A DNA stretch of 64,000 bases, taken from contig CANSAJ010000005.1 in assembly GCA_947644695.1 (NCBI GenBank), positions 2,306 to 66,305 of the forward strand, given 5' to 3'. The number at the start of each line of letters is the position of its first letter. Positions within the stretch are counted from its first letter, which is position 1. A program made the translations under genes and the position numbers. Shown one piece after another: positions 49,580-59,034 of the stretch. This DNA is from an uncultured Bacillota bacterium (GTDB lineage Bacteria; Bacillota_I; Bacilli_A; RF39; UBA660). The notes beneath the pieces were generated by a model. The model ran no database searches. It had not been told where the DNA came from and was given only the letters and a program-made list of their open reading frames with translations.

Positions 49580-50302
49580 ATGAAAAAGAAGAAACTTGTA
49601 GTATTTTTTCTTGCTTTAATACTTATTTATATAATTTATAACTTTACTTACAAAGAATCATACACATATTTAGCCATAGGAGACGATCTTGCGAAAGGTC
49701 ATACACCATTTGACACATATGGAGAAGGATATCCTGATTTCGTATATGATTACTTAAAAACTAAAAATTCAACATTTATACTAAATAAAGACTTTATAGA
49801 AGAAGACTTAAGAATAAAAGACCTACTTTCTAAACTTAAAACAAGTGAAACTTCTAATGGAAAAACATTAACTAATGCAATAAAAGAAGCTGATATAATT
49901 ACATTATCTATAGGAAGTGAAGAATTATTTAGTAAAATAAGATCTAATTACGAACTATATAAACTAAATAATCAAAAACTATTTAAATATATAGATGAAA
50001 TGATAAAAGAACTAGATCAACTTTTAACAGAAATTATTAAAATAAAAAAATCCAAGATTTATCTAGTAGGATATTATAATCCAATAGTAGATAACTTAGA
50101 CAAACAAACAGAACTTACAAGTATTTTTAACTATTTAGATGTAAAATTAAAAGCATTAGAAAAAAAACATAAAATTCATTATATATCTATATATGAGGAA
50201 TTTAAACAAAAACCATATTATCTCCCTAACCCATCTCATGCATTTCCATCACTAGAAGGATACAACTATATTGCTAATGAAATAATAGAAGAATTGGATT
50301 AA
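49580..50302 (+). CDS. Membrane-anchored SGNH/GDSL-fold protein (YpmR-like) with altered catalytic residues
   Basis: YLAIGDDLAKG, ADIITLSIGSEEL, VGYYNP, FPSLEGYNYIA. Confidence 0.78.
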   Translation: MKKKKLVVFFLALILIYIIYNFTYKESYTYLAIGDDLAKGHTPFDTYGEGYPDFVYDYLKTKNSTFILNKDFIEEDLRIKDLLSKLKTSETSNGKTLTNAIKEADIITLSIGSEELFSKIRSNYELYKLNNQKLFKYIDEMIKELDQLLTEIIKIKKSKIYLVGYYNPIVDNLDKQTELTSIFNYLDVKLKALEKKHKIHYISIYEEFKQKPYYLPNPSHAFPSLEGYNYIANEIIEELD

Positions 50303-50311
50303 TATAATTTA

Positions 50312-50340
50312 TTGACTTAAAAGACCTGCTTTGCTATCAT
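50312..50340 (+). promoter_or_regulatory. Sigma-A promoter of the ABC exporter
   Basis: TTGACT-N17-TATCAT with extended TG. Confidence 0.72.
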
Positions 50341-50362
50341 TAAAACGAAATCAGGTGAAGTC

Positions 50363-52114
50363 ATAAAAAGAAAAACACAAAAAATAAATCTATTAAAAAA
50401 CATAAAACGTTTATGGAAATATATTAAAACAAGTAGATTTAGTTTAATTGGTTACCTACTCGTAAGTATTACTGAAGGAATAATAGGTGCGATACTACCT
50501 TTAATCTCAGCTAAAATAATTTTAAATCTTACAAATGGTTTAATGAATCAATTAGTACTTTCTGCACTTACTGTCTTTATAATAGATATGGTAGCTTATA
50601 CTTTAGGATATCTTAAAGGATACTTTTATTACAAAATATACTTAAAAACTTTAGTTGACTTACAATATGCAATTGCTAGAGAAACTTTAAAAATAGAAAT
50701 AAGTGAGATAGATAAATCTACAACAGGACTATTTATTGACAGATTAAATAATGATACTAAAGAAATATCAGGAGTATTCATGGAATACTCTTACTGGATG
50801 TCATATGTTATATCTAACTTAGGTGTACTAGTCGCAATCTTTATTTTAAATAAATATCTATTTATATATGCTGTAATAGTTTCTCTTATAATTTTTGCAA
50901 TAAATAAAAAGAGACTAAGAAGACAATATGAAATAGAAAAAGACTTAAAAGTTTTACAAGAAAAAAAGACAAGTCTTACTAGCGAAATAATAAGAGGAAT
51001 AAGAGATATAAAAGTTTTGAATGCTTCTAATAATGTATTAGAAAAAACTATGGCAAAAATAAAAGACGCAGCTAATGAAGAAAGTAAAAATTTAAATGTT
51101 CACAGATCATATTTTACGTTAGAAAATTATTTTAGAGGAATAAGTGATTTCGCTCTAATATTATTCGGAATATTTTTATATAATAATAGCCTAATAACTA
51201 TACCTACATTTGTAATAATATACAATTATCAATCAAAAGTTAAAAATTTACTTATTGGCGTAGTAAACTTACTTGAATATAATAAAAAGTTTGCACTAGC
51301 CGCTAATAGAATATTTGAAGTAATAGATAATCATAAATTTAAAAAAGAAACATTTGGTAATACTGAAGTAAATAAACTAGAAGGAAATATTAAATTTAAA
51401 AATATTGTATTTGGATATGATAAAAATAAAAAGGTATTAAATAAATTAAATTTTGAAATAAAACCAAATGAAACAGTAGCATTCGTAGGTAAAAGTGGAG
51501 TTGGTAAATCTACTATATTTAGTTTAATAACTAAACTATATCACGCAGATTCAGGAAATATATATTTAGATAAACACAATATTAACGATTTAACTTGTGA
51601 CTCTATTAGAAATAACATGTCTATAATAACTCAAAATCCATATATATTTAACTTTTCAATTAAAGAAAATATTCAACTAGCGAAAGAATCTGCAACAATG
51701 AAAGAAATAAGAGAAGCTTGTAAAATGGCATGTATAGATGATTATATAATGTCTCTTCCAAAAAAATATAACACTATCTTAGGAGAAAATGGAGTAATTT
51801 TATCTGGAGGTCAAAAACAAAGAATAGCCATCGCAAGAGCCCTTTTAACTAAAACAGAAATAATACTATTTGATGAAGAAACAAGCGCACTTGATAATGA
51901 AACTCAAAACGAAATACAACAAGCTATACGTAATATGAAAGGTGAATACACAATACTTATAATTGCTCATAGATTATCAACTGTAGTAGATAGTGATAAA
52001 ATATTTGTAGTTGATGAAGGAAAAGTCGTAGACAGTGGAACTCATAAAGAATTATTAAAAAAATGTGAATTTTATAGACACTTATACGAAAAAGATTTAG
52101 AGACAAGTAAATAA
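50363..52114 (+). CDS. ABC exporter, fused TMD-NBD (apparent ATA start at 50363; first ATG at 50543)
   Basis: GKSGVGKS, LSGGQKQR, ILFDEETSALD, IAHRLST. The frame is open upstream and encodes the elbow helix and TM1. Confidence 0.9.
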   Translation: MKRKTQKINLLKNIKRLWKYIKTSRFSLIGYLLVSITEGIIGAILPLISAKIILNLTNGLMNQLVLSALTVFIIDMVAYTLGYLKGYFYYKIYLKTLVDLQYAIARETLKIEISEIDKSTTGLFIDRLNNDTKEISGVFMEYSYWMSYVISNLGVLVAIFILNKYLFIYAVIVSLIIFAINKKRLRRQYEIEKDLKVLQEKKTSLTSEIIRGIRDIKVLNASNNVLEKTMAKIKDAANEESKNLNVHRSYFTLENYFRGISDFALILFGIFLYNNSLITIPTFVIIYNYQSKVKNLLIGVVNLLEYNKKFALAANRIFEVIDNHKFKKETFGNTEVNKLEGNIKFKNIVFGYDKNKKVLNKLNFEIKPNETVAFVGKSGVGKSTIFSLITKLYHADSGNIYLDKHNINDLTCDSIRNNMSIITQNPYIFNFSIKENIQLAKESATMKEIREACKMACIDDYIMSLPKKYNTILGENGVILSGGQKQRIAIARALLTKTEIILFDEETSALDNETQNEIQQAIRNMKGEYTILIIAHRLSTVVDSDKIFVVDEGKVVDSGTHKELLKKCEFYRHLYEKDLETSK

Positions 52115-52173
52115 AAAAGAGTTTAATAACTCTCATAAGACACTAATTAAAATAGTGTTTTTTTATATCTAAT

Positions 52174-53254
52174 TTAATTTCTAATATAAGCCTCTAAAAA
52201 TAAATTAATGTCTCCGTCCAATACACCACTCACATCGCTAGTCTCAATACCAGTTCTTAAATCTTTAACCATATTATATGGTTGCATTACATAGTTTCTT
52301 ATTTGACTTCCAAAATTAACATCCATAACAGAACCCTTCAAAGCATTAATTTTTTCATCTATTGTTTGCTTTTCTAATAAAAATAATTTACCTTTTAAAA
52401 TCTCTAAAGCTTTCTCTTTATTCTTAATTTGACTTCTCTCATTTTGACAAGTTACAACTATATTTGTAGGAATATGTGTAATTCTAACTGCCGAATCTGT
52501 AGTATTAACACTCTGTCCACCAGCTCCACTACTTCTAAAAACATCTATTCTCAAATCTTCTTCTTTAACATCTATTTCTACTTTAGTATTAATTTCAGGC
52601 GTAACCAAAACAGATGCAAATGAAGTATGCCTTCTCTTATTTGAATCAAAAGGACTTATCCTAACTAAACGATGAACTCCAGTTTCCCCTTTTAAAAAAC
52701 CAAAAGAATTTAAACCTTTAACATGTATAAAAACACCTTTAATCCCAACTTCTTCACCTGGCTGTTCACTAATAATCTCATATTTATAATTATTCTTTTC
52801 AAGATATCTAACATACATTCTTTTAATCATATTAGCCCAGTCGTTACTCTCAGTACCCCCGGCCCCACTATGAATTTCAATATATGCATTATTTTTATCA
52901 AATTCACCAGATAATAAGATTTCCGTTTTAAGAGTTTCTATGTTTTTTTCTATAACGCTAATATCCTTTTCTATTTCCTTATAATCATTATCACTTAAAT
53001 CCATATCTATAAGAATTAAATCGTCTTCAATCATATTATTAGTCAAATCGAATAATGAAACACTAGATTTTAAACTAGATATTTCACTCATAACTTCACT
53101 TGAGTCTTCCCTATTCCAAAAACTCTCATCCCTACTCTCTTTTTCTAATAACAAAATTCTTTCTTTCTTATTATCGTAGTCAAAGTGACCTCCTAAAAGA
53201 TTCTGTTTTTTCTTTAAATTCTTCTAACATATTTTTTAAATTTTTCTTATCCAT
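52174..53254 (-). CDS. prfB: Peptide chain release factor 2 (programmed +1 frameshift)
   Basis: ATG at 53254, 24 codons to AGG AGG TCA CTT TGA C, then the +1 frame with SPF and GGQ motifs. Confidence 0.97.
53179..53194 (-). promoter_or_regulatory. prfB frameshift cassette
   Basis: Internal SD AGGAGG, 3 nt, then CTTTGAC. Confidence 0.95.
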
Positions 53255-53256
53255 AA

Positions 53257-53826
53257 CTATTCTCCCTTAATAACTTCTACTTCGTCTCCATTTTTAAGCC
53301 CCATCGCATTAGCTTCATCCATATCTAAATGAAGTTCTAAATTATAATTATCTTTAGCTTTAACTAAAACCTTATCAAGTCTTCCGCCTCTGTCACCACT
53401 CACTAAAACACTAACTTCATCTCCATCATAAAGTCCGTATTCATCTTGTTTTTCACTATTAATATGTATATGTCTATTCGCAATAATACAAGAATTCTTG
53501 CATAGTAATTCCTTATCTCCATTAACAAGTATAACATCTAATGCTCCATCAAAGTTCTTGCTCATCCTAACTGGTGGCTTTAACCCTAAAAAGTATGCAT
53601 CTGTTATACTGATTTCTACTTGTGTTTTATCTCTGAAAGGTCCTATTAATCTTACATTTTTAAGTATATTTTTATCTGTTTTAATATCTACAACTAAACT
53701 AGAAGCAAATTCACCATTTTGAGATAATTCCTTTAAAACTGGCAAATCAGAATCACCAAAAAGTAACTTAAAATCTTCTTTAGAAAAATGAACATGCCTA
53801 TTACTCACTCCTACTTTTACTTTCAT
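53257..53826 (-). CDS. pduL: Phosphate propanoyltransferase / phosphotransacylase PduL family
   Basis: VSNRHVH, TQVEISITDA, IANRHIH, LHLDMDEANA. Confidence 0.93.
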   Translation of the reverse strand: MKVKVGVSNRHVHFSKEDFKLLFGDSDLPVLKELSQNGEFASSLVVDIKTDKNILKNVRLIGPFRDKTQVEISITDAYFLGLKPPVRMSKNFDGALDVILVNGDKELLCKNSCIIANRHIHINSEKQDEYGLYDGDEVSVLVSGDRGGRLDKVLVKAKDNYNLELHLDMDEANAMGLKNGDEVEVIKGE

Positions 53827-53970
53827 AACGTCACACCTCAATATTATTATATAATAAAAGTATCTATTTTTTAAGTCTTAGGATACACATGGTAAAAAAC
53901 TTGTTAATTTTAACCTATTCTCTATTCTATTTTTAAAAATATTGAATATTCTATAATAGGAGTGATTTAT

Positions 53971-54297
53971 ATGAATGGAAGTTATTACAAGAGTCCAATG
54001 TTTCCTGGTGATTCATCTTATGAAAGAGATACACAAAGTCCAGAAGAATTACCTAACTTAGCAATGGAACAAAGTTACATAGAAAACATCTTACGTCTCA
54101 ATAAAGGAAAAAAAGTAACAGTATACATGAGTTTCTCAGATTCAATTAACTGGAGAGATAAGATATTTACAGGAATAATTGAACAAGCAGGAAGAGACCA
54201 TTTAATCCTAAGTGATCCAGAAACAGGAAAATGGTTTATGTTATTAATGATATACTTAGATTATGTAGAATTTAATGATAGAATAAATTACAGATAA
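53971..54297 (+). CDS. gerQ: Spore coat protein GerQ
   Basis: EQSYIENILRLNKGK, GIIEQAGRDHLILSDP, LLMIYLDYV. Confidence 0.95.
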   Translation: MNGSYYKSPMFPGDSSYERDTQSPEELPNLAMEQSYIENILRLNKGKKVTVYMSFSDSINWRDKIFTGIIEQAGRDHLILSDPETGKWFMLLMIYLDYVEFNDRINYR

Positions 54298-54356
54298 AGT
54301 GTAAAGGGTAAAAATTACTAAAGATTTTTGCCTTTTATTATGTTAAAATATTACTT

Positions 54357-55571
54357 ATGAAAAGAATAGTATTTATAATTTTAACTTTAATTTTATTATT
54401 TCCACATAATCTATTTGCATTAGAATTTAGTGATTTAGATTCAGAAAAAGTATTGATATATAACAAAGATGAAGACAAGATTCTTTATGAAAAAAATATA
54501 GATGAAGTTACAAGTATAGCAAGTTTAACAAAAATGATGACCACTTTAGTATCTATAGAAAAAATAAAAGATTTAGAAAAAGAAGTAACTATAACAAAAG
54601 AAATGTTAGAAGACGTACCATGGGACGCAAGTACTGCAGGATTAGAAGTGGGAGATATTTTAACTTATGAAGACTTACTTTATGCTAGTATGTTACCTTC
54701 AGGAGCAGATGCTACCAATAGCCTTGCAATTAGTCTAACAGGCTCTATAGATAATTTTGTAGAAGAAATGAACAAAAAAGCAAAAGAATTAAAACTAGAA
54801 AAAACACACTTTGTTAATACGACAGGATATGATGAAACAGGGCATTATTCTACTGCAAGAGAAATACTAACAATATTAAATTATGCTTTAGAAAATGAAA
54901 CATTTAAAGAAATATTTACAACTAGAAATTATACAACAAACAATGGACTAAAACTAGAAGCTACTATAGAATCATATAATAAAAGACTAAACAATGATCT
55001 TTCATACATTATTGGTAGTAAAACTGGATATACAGACGATGCAGGTCAATGTTTAGTTGCACTTTCAAATATTGATGACACTAATATAATAACAATAACT
55101 ATAAATGCACCTTACTCTTATGAAAGACCAGGAAATATAATAGATATGACTAAACTTTATGAAACATTAAAAGAAAAATACACAAAAGTAAATATTATAA
55201 CAGAAGACCAAATCCTAATAAGTTTAGAAACAAAATATGCAAAAGAAGATACAATAGATTTAAACTCACAAAAAAACATACCAATCTATATAGAAAAACC
55301 TTTTAATGAAGATTTATTAGAAATAAAATATGAAGGAGAAGAAATAATAAAAAGTTCTACAGCAAAAGGAACAGAAGTAGGAAAAATAAAAATATATTAT
55401 GATGGAGAATTAATAGAAGAACTTCCAGGGATAACATCTAGTAATTTAAATTTTAGTATAATAAAATATTTAAAAGAAAATATTATTCTTTACATTTCTC
55501 TTATAATATTATTAATAATAGGCTTAAAAATTATAAAAAAGCCAAAAAAGAAATTGACAAACAGGATATAA
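54357..55571 (+). CDS. D-Ala-D-Ala carboxypeptidase (S11, DacA-like)
   Basis: Signal peptide, ASLTK, SGADA, SKTGYT, C-terminal TM. Confidence 0.93.
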   Translation: MKRIVFIILTLILLFPHNLFALEFSDLDSEKVLIYNKDEDKILYEKNIDEVTSIASLTKMMTTLVSIEKIKDLEKEVTITKEMLEDVPWDASTAGLEVGDILTYEDLLYASMLPSGADATNSLAISLTGSIDNFVEEMNKKAKELKLEKTHFVNTTGYDETGHYSTAREILTILNYALENETFKEIFTTRNYTTNNGLKLEATIESYNKRLNNDLSYIIGSKTGYTDDAGQCLVALSNIDDTNIITITINAPYSYERPGNIIDMTKLYETLKEKYTKVNIITEDQILISLETKYAKEDTIDLNSQKNIPIYIEKPFNEDLLEIKYEGEEIIKSSTAKGTEVGKIKIYYDGELIEELPGITSSNLNFSIIKYLKENIILYISLIILLIIGLKIIKKPKKKLTNRI

Positions 55572-55604
55572 TATGGTACCATTATAAACATTAAGGGGGA
55601 AATA

Positions 55605-56117
55605 ATGAAAAATAAAGAAAAATTAGCATTAATATTATCAGGATTAATAACACTAAACACACTTGGAGGATGTAGCATTCAAAATCAAAGTATGCAAGCA
55701 TATAATAAATTACCAGAAGCAAAAACTATAGATACTACTAATAATTTAAAACCATCTCCAAAAATTAGAGGAAAAGTTAATCTAACCAAACCAATATATA
55801 CAGTAAATACTATATTAGCATCAGTTATATACAACGAAAATGGAGATATCGAATACCGTGCACCAGAGGGATGTGTATTAATTGGAAATATGGCTTATCA
55901 AGTAGTGGTTGAAATATCATATACATATCCAGCTTTAAAAACTATAAATGAAAATGGTACAATTAATTATTCCGCACCATATGGAGGAACATTAAGTGGA
56001 TCCAGTGTTATTGTAACTAATCGTGAAATACTTGGACCTGATAAGACTAGAGAATATCTAGAAGAAAATGGATATATACAAAAAGAAGATGCAATATTAG
56101 TAAAAATACCAAACTAA
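55605..56117 (+). CDS. Hypothetical lipoprotein with internal repeat
   Basis: Lipobox LGGC; own promoter TTGACA-N17-TACCAT (55554-55582); terminator hairpin at 56116-56137. Confidence 0.7.
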   Translation: MKNKEKLALILSGLITLNTLGGCSIQNQSMQAYNKLPEAKTIDTTNNLKPSPKIRGKVNLTKPIYTVNTILASVIYNENGDIEYRAPEGCVLIGNMAYQVVVEISYTYPALKTINENGTINYSAPYGGTLSGSSVIVTNREILGPDKTREYLEENGYIQKEDAILVKIPN

Positions 56118-56151
56118 GAATGACTAAGTTCATTCTTTTTATATTGTCAAT

Positions 56152-57090
56152 TTATTGTTTAAAAGAATTACCAACCTTTCCTTCAATACTATTCTCAATT
56201 ATTGAATTATTTGCAAATACATATAGATCTTTAGCTATTTCAGAAAAATCTCTTGTATCATTTAAAAATTTTATTCTCATTTGTTCACTTAATTCTTCGG
56301 AACACTGAAATCTATTTGATAAATTATCAATTAAATATGAGATTTTCTCCTCTTTTGATTTATCTAAAAATTCTAAGCTATCATTTAAATACGGTACCAA
56401 TTCAGGATAAACGTTAGAAATAGAAATGACTATTGATTTTAAATACTGTTCTCTATCAGGATACACTGCTTGCTTAATCACTGCATTATTAAACAAATCT
56501 ATTAAATCTTCTTTTTTATAAGGCTCTGCATTTAAATTCAAACTAGCCATTCTAGCATTAACCTTCTCTATTAAATATGGATGTAATAATACTATTCTTT
56601 CAAAAGATTTTTTAGTTAAATGACTATTGTATTTTATTTCTCTATCAATTAAATCGGAACTATCTTGTGGTATTTCTTTTGGCTTATTTGGATACATAAA
56701 TAATTTAATCTTTCCCTCGGCCGCTAACTTTTTAATAGCATCATAAACATTTGGAATAAATTCTTCACTAATGATATCAACGCTTACTTCAGAAACAACT
56801 TCAGAAAATCCTGTTTTGATATCCTTAAATGTTGAATCACTTAAAGTATATATAGAAGAACTATTACTAAACATAGTGTTAAATGCTTCAGGAATTCTTT
56901 CCACAATTTGCCATGGTTCATTACCATTATTCCTAAATAAAGCATGTACACAATCATCGCCACATCTACTAGAAAAAATAATTGCTAATTCTTTATAAAT
57001 TGTAGCATACACATAATTACCATGTGTCGAATTATGTGGTTCAAGCCTCCTAATTCCCCTATTCTTACTACCATGATATACTTCTCCCAT
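56152..57090 (-). CDS. Hypothetical protein with putative ADP-ribosyltransferase-like N-terminal domain
   Basis: VYHGS...LEP..STH..YVYAT pattern; RBS GAGGT. Confidence 0.55.
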   Translation of the reverse strand: MGEVYHGSKNRGIRRLEPHNSTHGNYVYATIYKELAIIFSSRCGDDCVHALFRNNGNEPWQIVERIPEAFNTMFSNSSSIYTLSDSTFKDIKTGFSEVVSEVSVDIISEEFIPNVYDAIKKLAAEGKIKLFMYPNKPKEIPQDSSDLIDREIKYNSHLTKKSFERIVLLHPYLIEKVNARMASLNLNAEPYKKEDLIDLFNNAVIKQAVYPDREQYLKSIVISISNVYPELVPYLNDSLEFLDKSKEEKISYLIDNLSNRFQCSEELSEQMRIKFLNDTRDFSEIAKDLYVFANNSIIENSIEGKVGNSFKQ

Positions 57091-57243
57091 ATAAAATTAC
57101 CTCATTTTTAAGTTTATATAATTATATCATAACTTTTATTATTTACATAAAAATTCCTAATAAATAAGCCTTAAATTTAGTTTGCTTTACATAGAATTTT
57201 GCATTTTATCATATTTGTGGTATAATTAACAGACGGAGGATTT

Positions 57244-57684
57244 ATGAAAGTAATACTCATAGAAGATGTAAAAGGAACAGGTAAGAAAAATGATATTAAA
57301 GAAGTCAAAGACGGCTTTGGAAATTTTCTTATAAAAAATAAAAAAGCAGTTTCTTACACTAACAAAAGTAATGAAGTTTTAGAAAATCAAATTAAAGATA
57401 AACAACAAAAAGATGAAGAAGAACTAAAATTATGTCAAAAACTAAAAAGTGAACTAGAAAAACTAGAAATAAATATTTCTGTAAAAACAGGAAAACAAGG
57501 CAAAGTTTTTGGAAGCATTAGTTCAAAACAAATTAGTGAAGAGTTAAAGAAAAGAAACTACAGCATTGATAAAAAAATAATAGAAGCTGAAAACTTAAAT
57601 GTACTTGGAGTTCATTTAATAAAAATACACTTACATAAGAAAATAACTGCAGAACTTAAAGTAATTCTCCAAGGTGGTGATTAA
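57244..57684 (+). CDS. rplI: 50S ribosomal protein bL9
   Basis: MKVILIEDVKGTG, VKDGFGNFL, VFGSISSKQI. Confidence 0.97.
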   Translation: MKVILIEDVKGTGKKNDIKEVKDGFGNFLIKNKKAVSYTNKSNEVLENQIKDKQQKDEEELKLCQKLKSELEKLEINISVKTGKQGKVFGSISSKQISEELKKRNYSIDKKIIEAENLNVLGVHLIKIHLHKKITAELKVILQGGD

Positions 57685-59034
57685 ATGGCTAGAAAAGAAC
57701 CACAGAACCTAGAAGCAGAAATAAATGCTTTAGGATGTGCGTTTCTTAATAAAAGTGCATTAGACAAAGTATGTGAAGAACTAACTGGAGAAATGTTTTA
57801 CTTAGAATCTCACAAAAAAATATATGAAGTTTTAATAAAATTAAGAAGCGAAAATATTGCAGTTGATATTACAACAGTTTCTAATGAATTAGAAAAATCT
57901 AAAAATTTAGGCACTGTAGGTGGGATAGAATATCTAACTGAAATTGTTGACTCAGTAGCAACTCCTGCTAATATTGAATATTATATAAACATAATATTTG
58001 AAAAATATGTTTTAAGAACTCTAATAAATAAATCAACAAAAATAATAGATGATTGCTACAATGAAGAAGAAAACCTAAATAATATTGTAGAAAATGCAGA
58101 AAAAAGCATTTTAGCAGTAAATGCTGACAGAATGACTAAAGAAATAAAGCCAATTCAAGAAGTATTAGTAAACGCTCAAGAAGAAATAGAATTTCTAGCA
58201 AAAAATGGAGGAGATGTAACAGGTATACCATCTGGTTACATTGACTTAGATAAAAGAACAACTGGCTTTCATGGTAACGAACTAATAATAATGGCAGGAC
58301 GTCCAGGAATGGGAAAAACAGCTTTAGCCATCAACATGGCAACAAACATGGCAATAAATGCGAAAAAATCAGTAGTATTTTTTACTCTCGAAATGGGAGC
58401 TGTACAAGTAGTAAACAGAATGTTCTCGTCAATCGGGCAAATAGATTCAATGAAACTAAGAACAGGAAGATTCGAACACACAGACTGGAAAAAATATAAT
58501 GAAACATTAAGCCAATTAGCAGATACAAAAATTTTTATAGATGATACCCCAGGAATAACAGTATCAGAAATGAGAAGTAAATGTAGAAAACTAAAAAATA
58601 GTGATAAAGGCTTAGATGCAATTGTAATCGACTACCTACAGTTAATAAGTAGCTCAAGTAAATATGCAGGTCAAAGAACTAACGAAGTTAGTGAAATATC
58701 AAGAGATCTAAAAAAACTAGCTATGGAACTAGAAGTTCCAGTAATAGCTCTAGCCCAGTTATCTCGTGGTGTTGAACAAAGAGAAGATAAAAGACCTTTA
58801 ATGAGCGATTTAAAAGAAAGCGGTTCAATCGAGCAAGATGCAGACATAGTAATGTTTATTTACTGTGATGATTACTATAAATTTAAATCTAAAGATAGAC
58901 CAACAATATCTCCAACAGAATTAATAATATCTAAAAACAGAAGTGGAGGTACAGGAATGGTTGAACTACTATTTGAAAGAAGTTTTGTAAACTTTAAAAA
59001 TTACATAAAAAGTGAGGAATATAATAATGAATAG
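57685..59034 (+). CDS. dnaB: Replicative DNA helicase (DnaB; DnaC in Bacillus nomenclature)
   Basis: GRPGMGKT, IDYLQL, AQLSR, DLKESGSIEQDAD. Confidence 0.98.
   Translation: MARKEPQNLEAEINALGCAFLNKSALDKVCEELTGEMFYLESHKKIYEVLIKLRSENIAVDITTVSNELEKSKNLGTVGGIEYLTEIVDSVATPANIEYYINIIFEKYVLRTLINKSTKIIDDCYNEEENLNNIVENAEKSILAVNADRMTKEIKPIQEVLVNAQEEIEFLAKNGGDVTGIPSGYIDLDKRTTGFHGNELIIMAGRPGMGKTALAINMATNMAINAKKSVVFFTLEMGAVQVVNRMFSSIGQIDSMKLRTGRFEHTDWKKYNETLSQLADTKIFIDDTPGITVSEMRSKCRKLKNSDKGLDAIVIDYLQLISSSSKYAGQRTNEVSEISRDLKKLAMELEVPVIALAQLSRGVEQREDKRPLMSDLKESGSIEQDADIVMFIYCDDYYKFKSKDRPTISPTELIISKNRSGGTGMVELLFERSFVNFKNYIKSEEYNNE

Noticed and set aside
51865-51900. Walker B variant DEETSALD in the ABC exporter as a sign of inactivity
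   Set aside because: The catalytic Asp-Glu, D-loop, signature and H-loop are intact; only the following Ala is changed.
53155-53254. prfB as a truncated gene or pseudogene
   Set aside because: Canonical SD-CTT-TGA +1 frameshift; a well-known autoregulatory feature.
57098-57109. TACCTCATTTTT matching the integrase arm-like repeat at 2208
   Set aside because: Single copy that coincides with the RBS (GAGGT) of the 56152-57090 gene; chance match is likely.
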